Part shown: piece after piece, positions 26,316 to 40,872 of the stretch
Layout: every line of letters begins with the position of its first letter
How positions within the stretch are numbered: the first letter of the stretch is position 1
Origin: Eledone cirrhosa
Lineage: Eukaryota
Length of the DNA: 64,000 nucleotides
Assembly: GCA_964016885.1 (NCBI GenBank)
Contig: OZ024740.1
Span: 314,030,001-314,094,000, forward strand
Direction: 5' to 3'
The notes under the pieces: model-generated
Databases searched by the model: none
What the model saw: the letters and a program-made list of their open reading frames with translations, nothing else
What the model was told of the DNA's origin: nothing
Position numbers and translations under genes: made by a program

Positions 26316-26552
26316 TAGAGTTGAGATGGAGGGTCTGTGGTTTTTCTCACATCTGGTTGGTCTCTGAATGTTACTTGTTTTATATGGAAAAGGTGGCTCG
26401 AAATACCAGGTTTTTCGAGAAGTAATTTGATTGGTTGGTCAATAATTATAATAAATTTCGCGCCAGTTCGCGTTACAAAGTTCTTCAAACAAGGGGGGGG
26501 GGGTCACAGGTTGTTTTTTCATATATGAGTGTTTGAATTTCTTTTTACTTTA

Positions 26553-26623
26553 AAAAAGGGGGGCTCACGAAGGCTTTTTTTTAAATTACGTTTATTTAAA
26601 AAAAGCCTTCGTGAGCCCCCTTT
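26553..26623. repeat. Short inverted repeat (hairpin) at the end of the insert
   Basis: GGGGGCTCACGAAGGCTTTTTTT ... AAAAAAAGCCTTCGTGAGCCCCC. Confidence 0.85.
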
Positions 26624-26704
26624 GTGCCTAAATCAGCAGCCATTATGTTATTGAATTGAGTGTATGATATGTTTCACCTTTTCAAAATACCTACATTACA
26701 AAAC

Positions 26705-26999
26705 TAAAAAATGTCTAAAGTCTGTCTTAAGCCAAAAGGCTCATTTGGCCGCTGTTTATTCCGGTTTCATGGCGTGGAGCGACTGAGAGTACAAGACTTT
26801 CCCCTGGACAGGACGTCAGTCCATCGCAGGGTTAAACCTCCAGCTATTGCTGGTACTCATTTTCAGCTGAGTAAACTGGAGCAATGTGAAATAAAGTGTC
26901 TTGCTCAAGGAAACGACACATCACCCGGTGCGAGAATTGAACTCACAACCTTTCGATTGCAAGCCTAATGCTCTAACCACTAAAGCCATGCGCCTTCAC
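26705..26999 (-). mobile_element. SINE family B (tRNA head plus CORE-like domain), full length with 12-bp TSD
   Basis: Reverse complement has TGGCTTTAGTGGTTAGAGC..GTGAGTTCAATTCTC..CCTTGAGCAAGACACTT. TSD ACATTACAAAAC at 26693-26704 and 27000-27011. Confidence 0.85.
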
Positions 27000-27124
27000 A
27001 CATTACAAAACACCAAACTTTAAATACTATTTCTTCCTCGTTCTCCATCATCTTCATCCTCAACTTCACCATCTCCATCATCATCATCTAACTCATCTTA
27101 ACCACCACCTTCTTCTTCATCTGA

Positions 27125-27533
27125 TTGACATTTTTATATATTGTTTTACAATTGTTGAAAACACAACCACAAGGATATGGTCCGAACGTTGAAGAGCCGA
27201 CCTCTCACTCTCATCGCCTCCATCTCTTTCACCCTCCTCATCTCTCTGTATAGTGAGCAAATAGGGGTTCCACGTGCTGGCTTCCCCACAGCCCCAGTGG
27301 ACAGAATGGAGAAGGCGTTTCCCCGGAGGATGGTAAGGGAGATGCGCTGGACGAGCCATTCCAATTTGCGAGGCTCACACATGTGGCTGGCCAGCTCAGC
27401 GCCTATGGTGGTGAGTATGGAGGTATCCCTAGGGCCAAGGACACCAGAAGTCTCCACTGCCAAGGACACGACCGCAAACCTGTCGGAGAGCGACCGGTGG
27501 TGTTTAATGTTTTGGTGTAGCGCTTGGTGGTGA
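27125..27533 (-). mobile_element. CRE-clade element 3' end (RLE endonuclease C-terminus plus 3' UTR), 5'-truncated
   Basis: KHHRSLSDRFAVVSLAVETSGVLGP...WLVQRISLTILRGNAFSILST matches the K.Y..L...F.P.AVET.G..G...L.QR.S.A.QRGNA terminal motif. Confidence 0.8.
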
Positions 27534-27851
27534 TTCAATACAGTACATTTTATACGTAGAAGTTGTGCAGAAATTACACTTTATGCTGTGCTATTAAATA
27601 ACAAATGCTATACACAAGATGTGGACTGCGTTTGCATTAATCTTCTTGTCAGTTTGAACAGACATGTGTCAGATTATTTTGTCTAGCTTATTGTCATGTA
27701 CCATCTCATGCATGATTATGCAACTTGTTTTGTATTGATAGAATCAGTAGAGCACCGAACATAATATGATAGGGTTGTCACTTATGTCACGTTACGTTTT
27801 GAGTTTAACTTACACGGTGATTAGTTTTGCTTTTTATCATTTCGAAATACT

Positions 27852-28035
27852 AGGGTTGTGGATTGACAGTGTCGGTAGAGAGTCAGACACCATGCTTTAC
27901 AGCATAGAGTTACGGTCCTTTACAGTCTGAGTTCAAATCTCGCCGAGGTTAACTTTGCCTTTCATCCTTACGGGGTCGATAAAATAAAGCACCAGTAACG
28001 TTCTCGAAATTACTGGCCTTGTGCCTCTACTAGAA
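27852..28035 (+). mobile_element. SINE family A with 16-bp TSD, inserted in an older SINE
   Basis: ATCATTTCGAAATACT at 27836-27851 and 28036-28051. Confidence 0.85.
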
Positions 28036-28267
28036 ATCATTTCGAAATACTGGATCAACATAATACACTCTACACCAACCATAATATTTAAGGTCTTGTA
28101 CTTATGTCAGAAAGCTATTATTGGTAGGGTGCTGGACAAAATACGCTGCGATATTTAGTTACGGCCCTTAACAGTTTATTTTCAACAGTGACTACATATA
28201 GACTACGTATAGACGCTCCCTCGCTGATAGGGTTTGAGGAGGCTTGGAATAATCGACTAAACATTTG

Positions 28268-28502
28268 ACTTACCTACGGGTCCTAAATAATAGGGGGTGG
28301 CTGGAATAAGCGGGGGTTGGGTGAACATTTGCTTAAATTCTTATAAGCGGCTTAAATTCTTATAATCGGTAATTGTATAGTGTTCGGTCGTACGATTCTC
28401 CAGCTGCTGTATCAATATGAATCACTTACAATAAAATTTCGCCGGAGATAGATTAGCAAAATTTAATAAGTGGGGGAGATGATTATTCAAGACCTGAGAG
28501 TA
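28268..28502. mobile_element. Possible degenerate MITE
   Basis: GGGTCCTAAATAATAGGGG at the left versus TTATTCAAGACCTGAGAGTA at the right, with internal AATAAGCGG repeats. Confidence 0.4.
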
Positions 28503-28514
28503 CGTTTATTATTA

Positions 28515-28740
28515 TGACGTCACCGTATTGTTGAATTACGCTTCACACTAACAACCCCCCCCTCCCCCCTCTCTCTCTCTCTCTCTCTCTCTTTCAACAA
28601 CAACAACAATTTATCACACATATATGTAGACGGAGGGTAAGAAGGCGAGGAGTGAAAACTTGCTGTAGCTGAGAGAGAATACAATGAGAGAGAATGTGTG
28701 TGAAAGATAGATAGACAGGTACTGTTGTCACCATAGAAAC
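28515..28740. promoter_or_regulatory. Possible regulatory patch (CRE site TGACGTCA and RFX X-box-like GTCACCATAGAAAC)
   Basis: TGACGTCA at 28515-28522 and GTCACCATAGAAAC at 28727-28740. Motif matches only. Confidence 0.25.
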
Positions 28741-30427
28741 TAAAATGTTGACAGACTTCCCTCACCCCAGAAGCAGAGCTTCCTTGCTGTTTTAAAAAGC
28801 ACAAATCATTCAGTAAAACATTATATGTTCACAGACACTTTATTAAGTCATCTGAACTCAGTTGACGAACACTCACACAATTTAACTGTGAGCTATATGG
28901 TGTATGTACACATACATACATACATACAAAATACATACATGTATACATACAAAATATATACATACATACAAAAATACATACATATATAATACAAAAATAC
29001 CTCAAACACACATACATACGTACATACATATATATACATACATGCATATATATAGTGGAACAGTAAAAATATGTAAAACATTCAAAAATGCTGCATCTAA
29101 CAACTGCATATACACATGTACAGATACAAAACATATGCACATGCACACATACAACTCAAAACATACACATCCACACATTCAATAACATCCATACCTGTAC
29201 ACACATGCATGCAGACATGTATACATATCTACCTAGTTGATGTTGTGTAAATTCCAATGAGTGAGTCTTGTGTCTATGTTAGAAACCGGCTCGGCTCTCT
29301 CTCTATTGGTACAAACTTGTGAAATTCTAAAACCAGAAGAACATATATACATATATATACATAATACAAAAATACTACAAACATACATACATATAAATAT
29401 ACATACATACATTATGTACAAACATGCATACAAAAATACATACATACATATGTGTGTGTGTACGTGTGTGTACATATATACACACGCAAACATATATAAA
29501 CACACACGTGCGTGTTTACAATGAAACAAGTGGTGCGGGCTGGTGGTAATAAAGCGCAATGTCAAAGGTAGTATGAAAAGTTAAATAGGTAGGGCTTGTA
29601 TAGGTCAATGAAAGGTGTTTCTTTCAACGTACAGGTGTCAGATTGAGGTATTTTAGATGGGGGTAGTTGTGGGAAGTAGCGGGAGGGCATGTGGTAGTAG
29701 GCGTATCAGGGACGGGTGAGGGCTGAAATATAACTAGGGTAAGAAATATGAAGAAACAGGTGATCACAATTAAGAAGACAAAAGGCAAAGGTGGTAGTGG
29801 ATATTCTAATGTTTGACTCTTTATATTAACAACAACAATTTCAATAACAATAACAATTGTGACGTGTAACAGTAACGAGAACAACAGCAATCCTAACGGA
29901 TACAGGAACACGAACTAGTAGTAGCAGCGTCTGTGGCAAAAAACAATAAGGTGAGAGTTTATATATAAACTTTTACTGGTTTCAAATATATTGGCGTGTG
30001 GCCATACTGGGGCACGGCCTTTAAAATAGATCATATCAACCCTAGTATTCATTTTCAGTCTGTGTTTATGAATGTATATTTATCGAGGGGTTAATCTGCC
30101 TTTTTGACACAACACCCGTTTTTAAACGGTGATGTTTTGACAAAAGCATACATAAATACACATGCACACACATATACACATCCATATCACATACATAGTC
30201 ACACGTGCACGCACATATGCATATACATACTCATACACACAGCAGATTTCTGTAGTTTCCGTCAACGAAATTCTCCTCACAAATGTATTAGTCAACCTGG
30301 GGGTATGGTTTCACGCTTTAAATAATAATAATGAAATGATTGTGTACAGTGCTCAGGTGCACTACCAACTCAGAACCATATGACTGTGAAATAAGATTTT
30401 TATCTACACAGTCATGCCTGTGCCAAT

Positions 30428-31326
<899 letters not shown>

Positions 31327-31459
31327 TAAAATTAACAAAGGAAGGACAAGACAACGAACGGAAACAAAACAAAACGAAAAACAATTTTTTAGGGGGAAAA
31401 CCTTAAAAAATTATTTCAGTGTGTCTCTGTACTACTACCATCACTACTGCTACTACTGC

Positions 31460-32150
31460 AAGCGTCATAGAGAATGACTCGGTATTATGTAGCATGCTTT
31501 CTCTAAGGGTTTTACATGTCTATGCAGTCGCGAGCTGACACTGGCATCCTCTCGATCTTCTTTCCTTTGATACAGCGGAACATCCGGGATGTGACAGCTC
31601 GAGGGATTTGTGTAGGGTTCGATCTCCACTGAACTATTACTTTCTTTTACGACTCTGATTGAATGAAACTCAGAGTGGGTGGCGCTGGGACTGGATTTGA
31701 GCGAGGAATGCAGAGACATAGAACAAATATCCAACGCTCCAATGGCGCTGCTAATTCAACTGTTGTCTTGTGTTGTATCCGGCGTATTCTTATACCGAAT
31801 TGGTCTATTTTTAGGGGCTATTTGTGCGCTGGGAAGAGTAGTATTTCTAGCCTTCGAATCTACAACACACTGTAGTCAGCTAACGAGAGGGGAATCTCCG
31901 TGTGTCCATCTCCTGGTTTTTATTACCCTTCGTCCAATGTGTTAATTTTGGACTTAAATACATATCTTTCTATATCTGTCTATCTATCTATCTATCTATG
32001 TCTCCCTCTATTGGGGAAAATCGACTAACTTTTTAAATTCCATTTGTGATAACATTTTACACGTTTTTATTGTATGTAAACTTCGCCCTTTGTACTTGTC
32101 CCCTTCTTTTGTGCCCCTGTGGCTAATAAAGAAATATATCTATCTATCAA
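31460..32150 (+). mobile_element. Probable retroelement 3' UTR remnant
   Basis: Higher-GC segment ending TGTGCCCCTGTGGCTAATAAAGAAA then (TATC)n. No recognisable protein motif. Confidence 0.3.
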
Positions 32151-32241
32151 TCTCTTTATCTCTCTGTCTATCTAATTATTATATATCAATATATATGTAT
32201 ATATATGTGTGTATGTGTATGTGTGAGAGAGTGAGAGAGAG

Positions 32242-32294
<53 letters not shown>

Positions 32295-32733
32295 ATTTAT
32301 CTATATAATTCGTTTATTGGTTGAGTCATTAAACCGCGGTCAGGCTAGGGCAATGCCATCTAGAGGCTTAGTCGATCGTAGCGGCAAAAGGGTTCGTTTT
32401 TTTAAACTCTAGTACATATTTTATTGGCCTTTATATGCCAAAACAAAAACAATGAACGTAAACACAGACACACACAAGCATACATACACACACATACACA
32501 CACATACATATATAAATATATATTGTGTGTGTGTGTGTAATATATAAAATATATATATGCATATAATATACACACACACACACTCACACACATATATATA
32601 TTATGTATGTATATATGCGTGTATATTGTCTTACATATAAACATTTGGAAAGGTTCAAAACCCACAGTGAGCACGCACATAAATGATTGTGTCGTGGCCC
32701 ACATATAGTTTACACCTGGTTAGTATAAATAAT

Positions 32734-32920
32734 TGTTTCTACACTTGGCACAAGGCCAGTAATTACTCAGTACATTACTGGTACGTTATTTTATCGACCC
32801 CGTAAGGATGAAAGGCAAAGTTAACCTCGGCGGGATTTGAACTCAGAATGGCAAGGGTCGTAACTCTATGCGTCAAAGCATGGCGTCCGACACTCTACCG
32901 ATACTGCCAATCCAGTGCAC
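32734..32920 (-). mobile_element. SINE family A with 13-bp TSD
   Basis: TAGTATAAATAAT at 32721-32733 and 32921-32933. Confidence 0.9.
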
Positions 32921-33014
32921 TAGTATAAATAATGTTATTCAGTGTATGACTAAAGGTCAGTGGAAAAATGTATTTGCAGAACATCAGCATTGCATTGGTG
33001 GAGCTGCATAGGTA

Positions 33015-33255
33015 GATGTGTGAGGGCTAGTGGTAAGGACTTTGAGCTTACGATTATAATGTTGTGGGTTCAATTCCAGATTTGGGTTGTGTGTTGTGTT
33101 CTTGTGCAAAATACTTCATTCACGTTGCTCCAGTATACTCAGCTGAATAATAGCTAGGAGTTTAACCTTGCGGTGGACTGGTGTCTTATACTCTCAGTCA
33201 CTTCATGCAATAGAAACCGGCCTGACGAGTCTCCGAGGTCAAGACAGACTTTACA
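33015..33255 (+). mobile_element. SINE family B, diverged copy
   Basis: Aligns with the reverse complement of 26705-26999 (TTGCTCCAGT.TACTCAGCTGAA, GAAACCGG, AAGACAGACTTTA). Confidence 0.75.
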
Positions 33256-33626
33256 CATCTTTTAGAATCTTGCGGTTTGTATCTGTAATAACGATGGACA
33301 ATTTGAACATTAGCAATCTCAATAAGGTATTGCTTAGAAAATGCAATAAATTATTTCACTTATACCTTTCACTGATTTATTCTATCATACATCAACTAAA
33401 GTTATGCAGAATTAGAATTGCTCGTGAACTTTACATCAGTCAAATATATTTAAAGAGCTGTTGTTGTGTATGAAGTCTTGTCACAAGGCTCATTGTATTA
33501 AAAAGGATCTACGTGACAGCGGATAGTCAGAATTACTACAGAATAAATAGTATTGTTCTGATAATACAAAATTTTAGTGTGTGGACAGGTAGATGATTTT
33601 CTTCCACTCGGTGTATATATATATAC

Positions 33627-33710
<84 letters not shown>

Positions 33711-33852
33711 GGGGTGCATAAGAGAAGACAAGCTGGCTGTGTGATTAAGAGGTTTTCAACATAACCGCGCACATCTAGGATCAGTCACCTGCTGGGCAAG
33801 TGTTTTATGCTATGGCCTGGAGTTGACCGATGTCTTGCAGATAGAATATATA

Positions 33853-33900
<48 letters not shown>

Positions 33901-34106
33901 AGAAAGTTCATCCATAGAATCATTTGATAAAATATATACAGTATTTCCTCTCCACATCGTGAATGGTTGCTAAAAACACATATATATATCTATGGCTCTG
34001 TCTAGTTTATGTATATGTAAATCTATATATGTATATATGCATATATAAATATATATATATATATAAATTGAAGATATATATATATATCTTTACAAGACTG
34101 AGATAG

Positions 34107-34376
34107 TCCCCTGATGAGCTGAGTTTCTCCCAACACTCGTTGTATTGTTATTACTCAGCGAAGGGCGGTAGATTGGCAGTATCGGTAGAGGGTCGGACGC
34201 CATGCTTTCCAGCATAGTTACGTCCCTTTACGATCTGAGTTCAAATCCCGCCGAGGTTGACTTTGCCTTTCATCCTTACGGGGTCGATAAAATAAAGTAC
34301 CAGTAATGCACTGGGTAATTGCTGGCCTTGTGCCTAAAGTAGAAACCGTTATTACTCAGCGAAACTGCAGTAGAGA
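34107..34376 (+). ncRNA. Hammerhead ribozyme interrupted by a SINE
   Basis: CTGATGA-GCTGAGT...ACTCAGC-GAA|SINE|...ACTCAGC-GAA-ACTGCAGT-A. Palindromic stem III, triplet GUA. Confidence 0.7.
34163..34347 (+). mobile_element. SINE family A with 16-bp TSD
   Basis: GTTATTACTCAGCGAA at 34147-34162 and 34348-34363. Confidence 0.92.
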
Positions 34377-34429
34377 AAAGTATGTAGGTAAAGATTTTTT
34401 TCTTATCTTGTTTGCTTTTTCCAGATATG

Positions 34430-34541
<112 letters not shown>

Positions 34542-34613
34542 CTGCGGACATATACGTTTACTGTGATTGTGTGATTACAATTTTCCTGTCAAGATTTCAT
34601 TATAACCTTCACC

Positions 34614-34796
34614 GGTGAATTGGCAGTATCGGTAGAGGGTCGGACGCCATGCTTTGACGCATAGAGTTACGGCCCTTGCCATTCTGAGTTCAAATCCCGC
34701 CGAGGTTAACTTTGCCTTTCATCCTTACGAGGTCGATAAAATAAAGTACCAGTAATGTACTGGGTAATTGCTAGCCTTGTGCCAATAGTAGAAACA
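34614..34796 (+). mobile_element. SINE family A with 15-bp TSD (decayed copy follows at about 34860-35070)
   Basis: ATTATAACCTTCACC at 34599-34613 and 34797-34811. Confidence 0.9.
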
Positions 34797-37076
34797 ATTA
34801 TAACCTTCACCCACTTCTCAATATCGTGATGCTTCGTATCGATTTGAGAAATCATTATCTTTGATTGCCAGAATCGTTAGAGTGTCGGACAAATTGCCTG
34901 CAGTATTAAATTTATAGTCTTTTACCTTCTGATTTCAAATCACATGAAGCTAGCTTGCAATATTCCGCCTTTGATGAAGAAAAAATTGTCACTACTGGAT
35001 CGATCTAATCGATTTTTCCCTCTCACCCCCTTCCAAATATGTAGCCTCAGGCCTATGTTAGAAATCCGTATAATTAGTGTGTGTTGTTCTTGTTCTTGTT
35101 CTTTTCAAAGGAAGTAGTGTGGTATTCAGATGGGTGTCATAGAAGAGTGTGTCTTTATTGTGATGTTATTATGGTAAACAGTAAGAGCCAGTCACTAAAT
35201 AAATGGTTTGGAAACATAAACAACGTGAAACCTGAGTAAGGAAAGAAAATAATAACAAAATAAAACAAAAGCAAATTAATGAATAACATAGTTTTGTCAT
35301 GGTTTGTTGCTTCATTTTATCTGTTGCATTGTTCAGCTTTTCTTTTGTTTATTTGTTGTTGTTCTTACTGTTGTTGTCTTTGTTGTTATTGCTGCAGCTT
35401 GTATAAGATATTCAGTTACTCTTCTCGTTGTATTTCTACTATTCTATTCTTAAGAATCGCTATTTGTTTTTATTTCTGTCTTGTTGTGTGATTCCTTAAA
35501 TACCATCTCGACACTTGATTTCTGAACGAATTTCAACATCTGTTAGATCTGTGAATACAACCCAAATACGCATCATCTTTCAGTTATTAAGTGCAATCCA
35601 CAATTATTTTGTAAAATTTACATGTTTCAATCATCATAATGCCAAGAGTTTCTCAATCACTCATTTCACTACAAATGTATTTAATTATCAACTATAATGC
35701 ATATTACTCTCCAGTCATGGAACACAATTATGTGGGTAATTATTAATTATTCCAAACAATCAAAGATGGTGGATCACTATTAATCTTTACCCTTAAACCA
35801 TTGATAACCCAATAAAACCTTTTCGGTTAAGTAGTAACAATAACGAGATATGGGATCAAAGATCATGATTCAAATCTACAAGACATAATTCTAACCTACA
35901 ACACGATACATTCACGCCCCATATTGGAATGTCACTCTTTCGTATGTATGGGAAGGTGCAGCTGCTATACAAACACATACAGACACACATGCATACATAT
36001 TTTGTACCGCATTCTTCCACTAGCATATAACTAGATAAGTAAACCCCCACTCATCAGAAGTTTACAATCACCAGATCGTCAAAGTGATATGTCTTCTCTC
36101 TGACAAGGAAGCTTCTACAGCGTCACTTGATCTTCTAGAAATAGTAGCCGCATTTCCTTCAAATTATACCTTACTATCTTTTAAAAATGGATGAATGAAT
36201 ATTGGATAATATAGTTCTATACATGCATGTGTGTGTGTGTGTGTGTATGTGTGTGTGTGTGGGGGGGGGGGGGTACGCAATACCTAAACTTCAAAGTCTG
36301 CATTAATCATAGGTCTGCCTAATCAGGTTTGGCTTGGCTTCCGGCTAAGCAACAACACCATCAGATAATATGTCGCTATCTTTACAAAAGAATAAAACAA
36401 GGAAAATTATGTTCTTCATGAAATAAAGAGTTCGTTTCGTTCCTTCAGGTATTTTATTCCGTTTGCTTGATTCCCACCTCAAATAACTATTGTAAAAGGT
36501 TTCTACTATTTTCCAAACAATTCCCTGTGTTCAACATGAGATTACAAACTTCTATGATTGCTGCTAAATACCTATCTACTCTAATGTATAGTATTATACT
36601 GCTACTTAGTGTTCTCTCATCACGACATCAACAAGAAATGGCCATGGTTATGCTACACGGGAGAGCTCTAATAAAACACCAGCGAAACATATAGGGAGTT
36701 GTCTCCTATATTTGACATTGCATAATTACTTTAAAGTATACGTTTGCTGTTCATTGCATCAAATATGCTTACATTAACTTAACTAATATGATGTTATGTT
36801 TTATAAATACATTGTATGTTATAGATTTCAATACTGATATGATATAATCTGGTATATATACTAATGTAATTATTACTGCTATTGTTTAACCACACTGAGC
36901 GGACATATGGCGACAGGAATTGCAGTTGTGACCCTCAATTCATTTTTTATCCGTATATATATATATATATATATATATTCATTTTATTAAGGCTATTTAT
37001 TTAGCGTTAATAAAATGAATATTAAAACTCTACTTCGGTTTTGAATACTCTTTTCTCTCAGCCGTTAAATATACAC

Positions 37077-37167
<91 letters not shown>

Positions 37168-37170
37168 AGG

Positions 37171-37266
<96 letters not shown>

Positions 37267-38204
37267 ATTACACTATCTAATGTAGAACAGCCATATCATT
37301 GAATCGTATATTGTGCTGGTACAGTTATATATAAGAGTATCTTACCCCCATGTAAGATATTTTGTCATATCTTTGCACGGGGATGCTGCCGTAGGTGTTG
37401 CTGTTGATGATATTGGTGCTGTTTAACCATAGGTTCGTCCTAGACGAGAAGATCTTTCAAACCGCGACCATTACGTCTATACCTTTTTTTTAACCAGAGT
37501 GTATTCATTACTACTACATTATTCAATGTGTCGTTCCTTTTTTTAAGAAGGAAAGGTGTAATTGGAAGACGATGTGGCTATTATTTCTAACAAGTCAGGA
37601 TGTTTTACAGCTGTGAATGATAATTCTGTCCGAAGTTTTTTATGTGTACAGTTGTACGGATTTTTCTGATGCATTGGAAGAAACAGAAACAGAAGCAATT
37701 AACACGAATGAAGCAAAGACGGGAAAAAAGAAAGAAAGTGGAGAGTTAAAAACAAAGAAACAAGGAAAGCTGGTAGTAAACAAAAAAAGACAGACGGTGG
37801 CAAGAAAAATAAAAGTCAATGATGGAAAATAGAAGTAAGAAATAATTAAAGGAGGGAAATAGAGACAAGAAAGGAAAGAAGACAATAAGAGCGAAAGTTT
37901 AGTCTTCAGGAAAAAAAGAAAGAAACGTATGACCCATGTGAGACAAAAATAAATATACGAAAGTAAGAGAAAATGAAAGAGAAGTATCGTGACATGGGAA
38001 TATCTCACAACAGAATATTAGCAACATAACCATGGGAATATCTCACAACAGAATATTACAAGAATTTCAGAAACAACAGAATAATTCTTTTGTTTCCACA
38101 GCACGTCTCTAGATGTGACGAGAGAGGCAGGGATAGGTTTAAGGATTAAAATGTGATGATTATAACATTAATGGTGATTATGATGTTAGTCATTGTAAAT
38201 ATTG

Positions 38205-38423
38205 TTTTCTGACTTAGACACAAGGTCAACAATTTGGGGAGGAAGGGAAAGTCGATTAAATTGAGCCCAGTGCATTATTGGTGCTTATTTTATCGACCCC
38301 CGTAAGGCTGAAAGACAAAGCTAACCCCGGCAGGATTTGAATTCAGGTCGTAAAGGGGCATAACTCTATGCCATAAAGTCTGTTGTCCGATGTTCCACCC
38401 ATACTGCCAATCCACCACCCTTG
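38205..38423 (-). mobile_element. SINE family A (long variant) with 16-bp TSD
   Basis: GTCATTGTAAATATTG at 38189-38204 and 38424-38439. Confidence 0.9.
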
Positions 38424-39907
38424 GTCATTGTAAATATTGCGAAATGGAATGAATTGCAATAATCACGTTTCTTTAAATTAGAGTTACACAATTTTTTTTC
38501 TTAATTTTTCTTTTGATTCGTTTTGTTAGCCCCAGATCATCTTTGATCCAGTATACTAATTATTAGGAATGATCTTTGTTTTAGGCATAGTGTATCTATG
38601 TAAAATATATTCTGTAGATTGTCTGATTAATATCTTATTACATTAAATTATAGTCAACAGAAAGACTGAAAATAATAGACAGCCGATGTTTCCAGGCATG
38701 TAGCATAATCGTTCAGTGACGCTACCTCATTGAGGTAGTTGTTTAGGCCTAACTCAGCCATGAACCATAACCATCCTATATTTTTTGTATATACAAGTTT
38801 AAATTGCAGTCCCGCCCCCTTCAATAAAAAGATATGACTTTAGGGATATTTGACTGCTATTTATTCTAGGTTCACAGTTCATGCACATATAGGCTTCTTC
38901 CTTAAGTCGTGACTCCTTCATTGTTCACTAAGTAGTCATAGCGACCAAGAAGGGAAAGATATATTGAGTATGATTTGTTACTCTCTTTAACCACAGCAAC
39001 GCCGTATCACCGTATTTTCCTCCGTTAGCTATGAGGAAATGTCGAGATTGTCAACGTAAAGTAAAACAAAATATAATTCAATGAAATTATTTTTATTCAA
39101 TTTAAAAAAAAATATTTATAAATTCTATTGTTTATTTCTTGATAATTAAGATAAAAGAGAAAAATAAAAAGGGTTGAAAGAATAATCTCCTCGGGTGCTA
39201 ATTTCTTTGTACATCATAACACAAAAACACATATGTTATACATATAACATAAGAGCGACGAGGAGACAATAAGGGAAGCTCAACATGGTCGCTCGGCATG
39301 CCTGACAAGGCTGCCAGTCAAATCTCCTTTCAAATAACAGTATCATCTTCAATAAAGAAAAGGTCGTATTACATAGTATAACTCCTACATATCTTTAGAA
39401 AAGAAAACCAACAACAATAACAGCAACAGCAACAACAGGAAACACACATTCAAAGGTATTAGATAACACTGAACGAACTTCACAAAATTTCATTATTGCT
39501 AAGGAATATATATTTTCAAAGAATGACAAATGGAATAATTCAACCAGTTTGCGAGAAAAATGCGAACTGAACTGGATAAAGTAATGATCCATAGAACATT
39601 GAAATGTTTGTCGGATAGTCTTTCCTTTTTGCTATTAAAATGTCCTTCAAGTGGGTGCAATGTTGTGAAGAATGCGAATCACACATTTAGCTGTCTCGTT
39701 TTAGCATACATTCTAAACATACATTGTATATAACCGAAAGCAGACTTTATACAATATATATTTGTTGTCTGTGAGTGTGTATATGTGTGCGTGTGAGTTA
39801 GCACAGATTTTTATGTATATAAATGAATGCATACACACATATATAATATATATATTTGTGTACATATATATGTATATATATATGTATATATTATATATAT
39901 ATATAAT

Positions 39908-39939
<32 letters not shown>

Positions 39940-40104
39940 CATGCATATATATATATGTGTGTATGTGTGTTTATGTGTATATATCTATGAATATGTATGC
40001 ATATATATGTATGAATATGTATGTATATGATAAACAAGACAAAACTAGGGATACAATAACACTAAGTCTTATTATTTTCACGCTTGTTGGAAAAGGAAAA
40101 GGAA

Positions 40105-40142
40105 TGTTTGAACGTATTCAGCGTCAGTCCTTCATCAAAAAA
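40105..40142 (-). ncRNA. Decayed hammerhead-like motif in a CA-rich pLTR-like region (about 40040-40750)
   Basis: Reverse complement: TTGATGAAGGACTGACGCTGAATACGTTC. Confidence 0.35.
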
Positions 40143-40872
40143 GAGCAAAGTTCGGAGAAAAAGTAGGTTGAAAGGTTGGTGAGAAAACATTATCAGGGTG
40201 GGTGAGGTGGGTCTGATAAGTAGTCCAGCGTGCAGGGTTACGTGGTGAGGCGGAGAATTCGGGTCCAGCATTGGTCCTGTTATATGTGTGCGGATGGGGT
40301 CATTTCGTGAGTGTTTGTGTCATTGATTTTATTTTTTCTTTGTGTGTGTGTACGCATGTATGTTTGTTGGAGTGGTATATAGTTTGTTCGTGATGGCGTG
40401 TGTGTATCTGGATATATTATCAGTGTGCGTGTGTGAGTGTATATATGTCTGGTTCGCTTTATGTGTATATATTTTTGTGTGTGTCTGTTTGTTTAGTAGT
40501 GTGTGTGTGTAGTTTAGTCTCAGTAACTGGTGTCTGTATTTGTATGTTATTTGTGTGTTATTTATGTATGAATATGTGTGTCTGTGTATGCATATGCGTT
40601 TATGAATGAGTGTGTGTGTGGCAAAGAGTGTGTTTTCGGGTGATATCAGTGTGTGCGTGTTTGAGTGAGTTTATGTGTAGTATTAGAGTTTATTTGTGAC
40701 TGTGTGTTTATGTGTGTGTGTTGGGGTTGCGTATATGTGTACCAAATGAAACGAAAGATATATCCAGAGGCTATATTCCGAGGTTTCAGCAGTTAAGTTG
40801 TGGACAGCTGTATTCCGGTGATGAGAAAAATGTATTTTATTGTGATCATCATTATTTCACTCTTACACAGTA

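Noticed and set aside
27125-27533. Idea that this CRE 3' end is the missing tail of the element at 497-3292
   Set aside because: It lies on the wrong side for a simple split, there is no overlap or shared TSD, and an independent 5'-truncated insertion is simpler
29820-29956. Possible exon ending AAG|GTGAGA
   Set aside because: All three frames have stops and no clear acceptor was found. A UTR exon cannot be excluded but is unsupported
37617-37832. Lys/Glu-rich 71-aa ORF
   Set aside because: Purine-rich low-complexity sequence with no clear splice signals or domain
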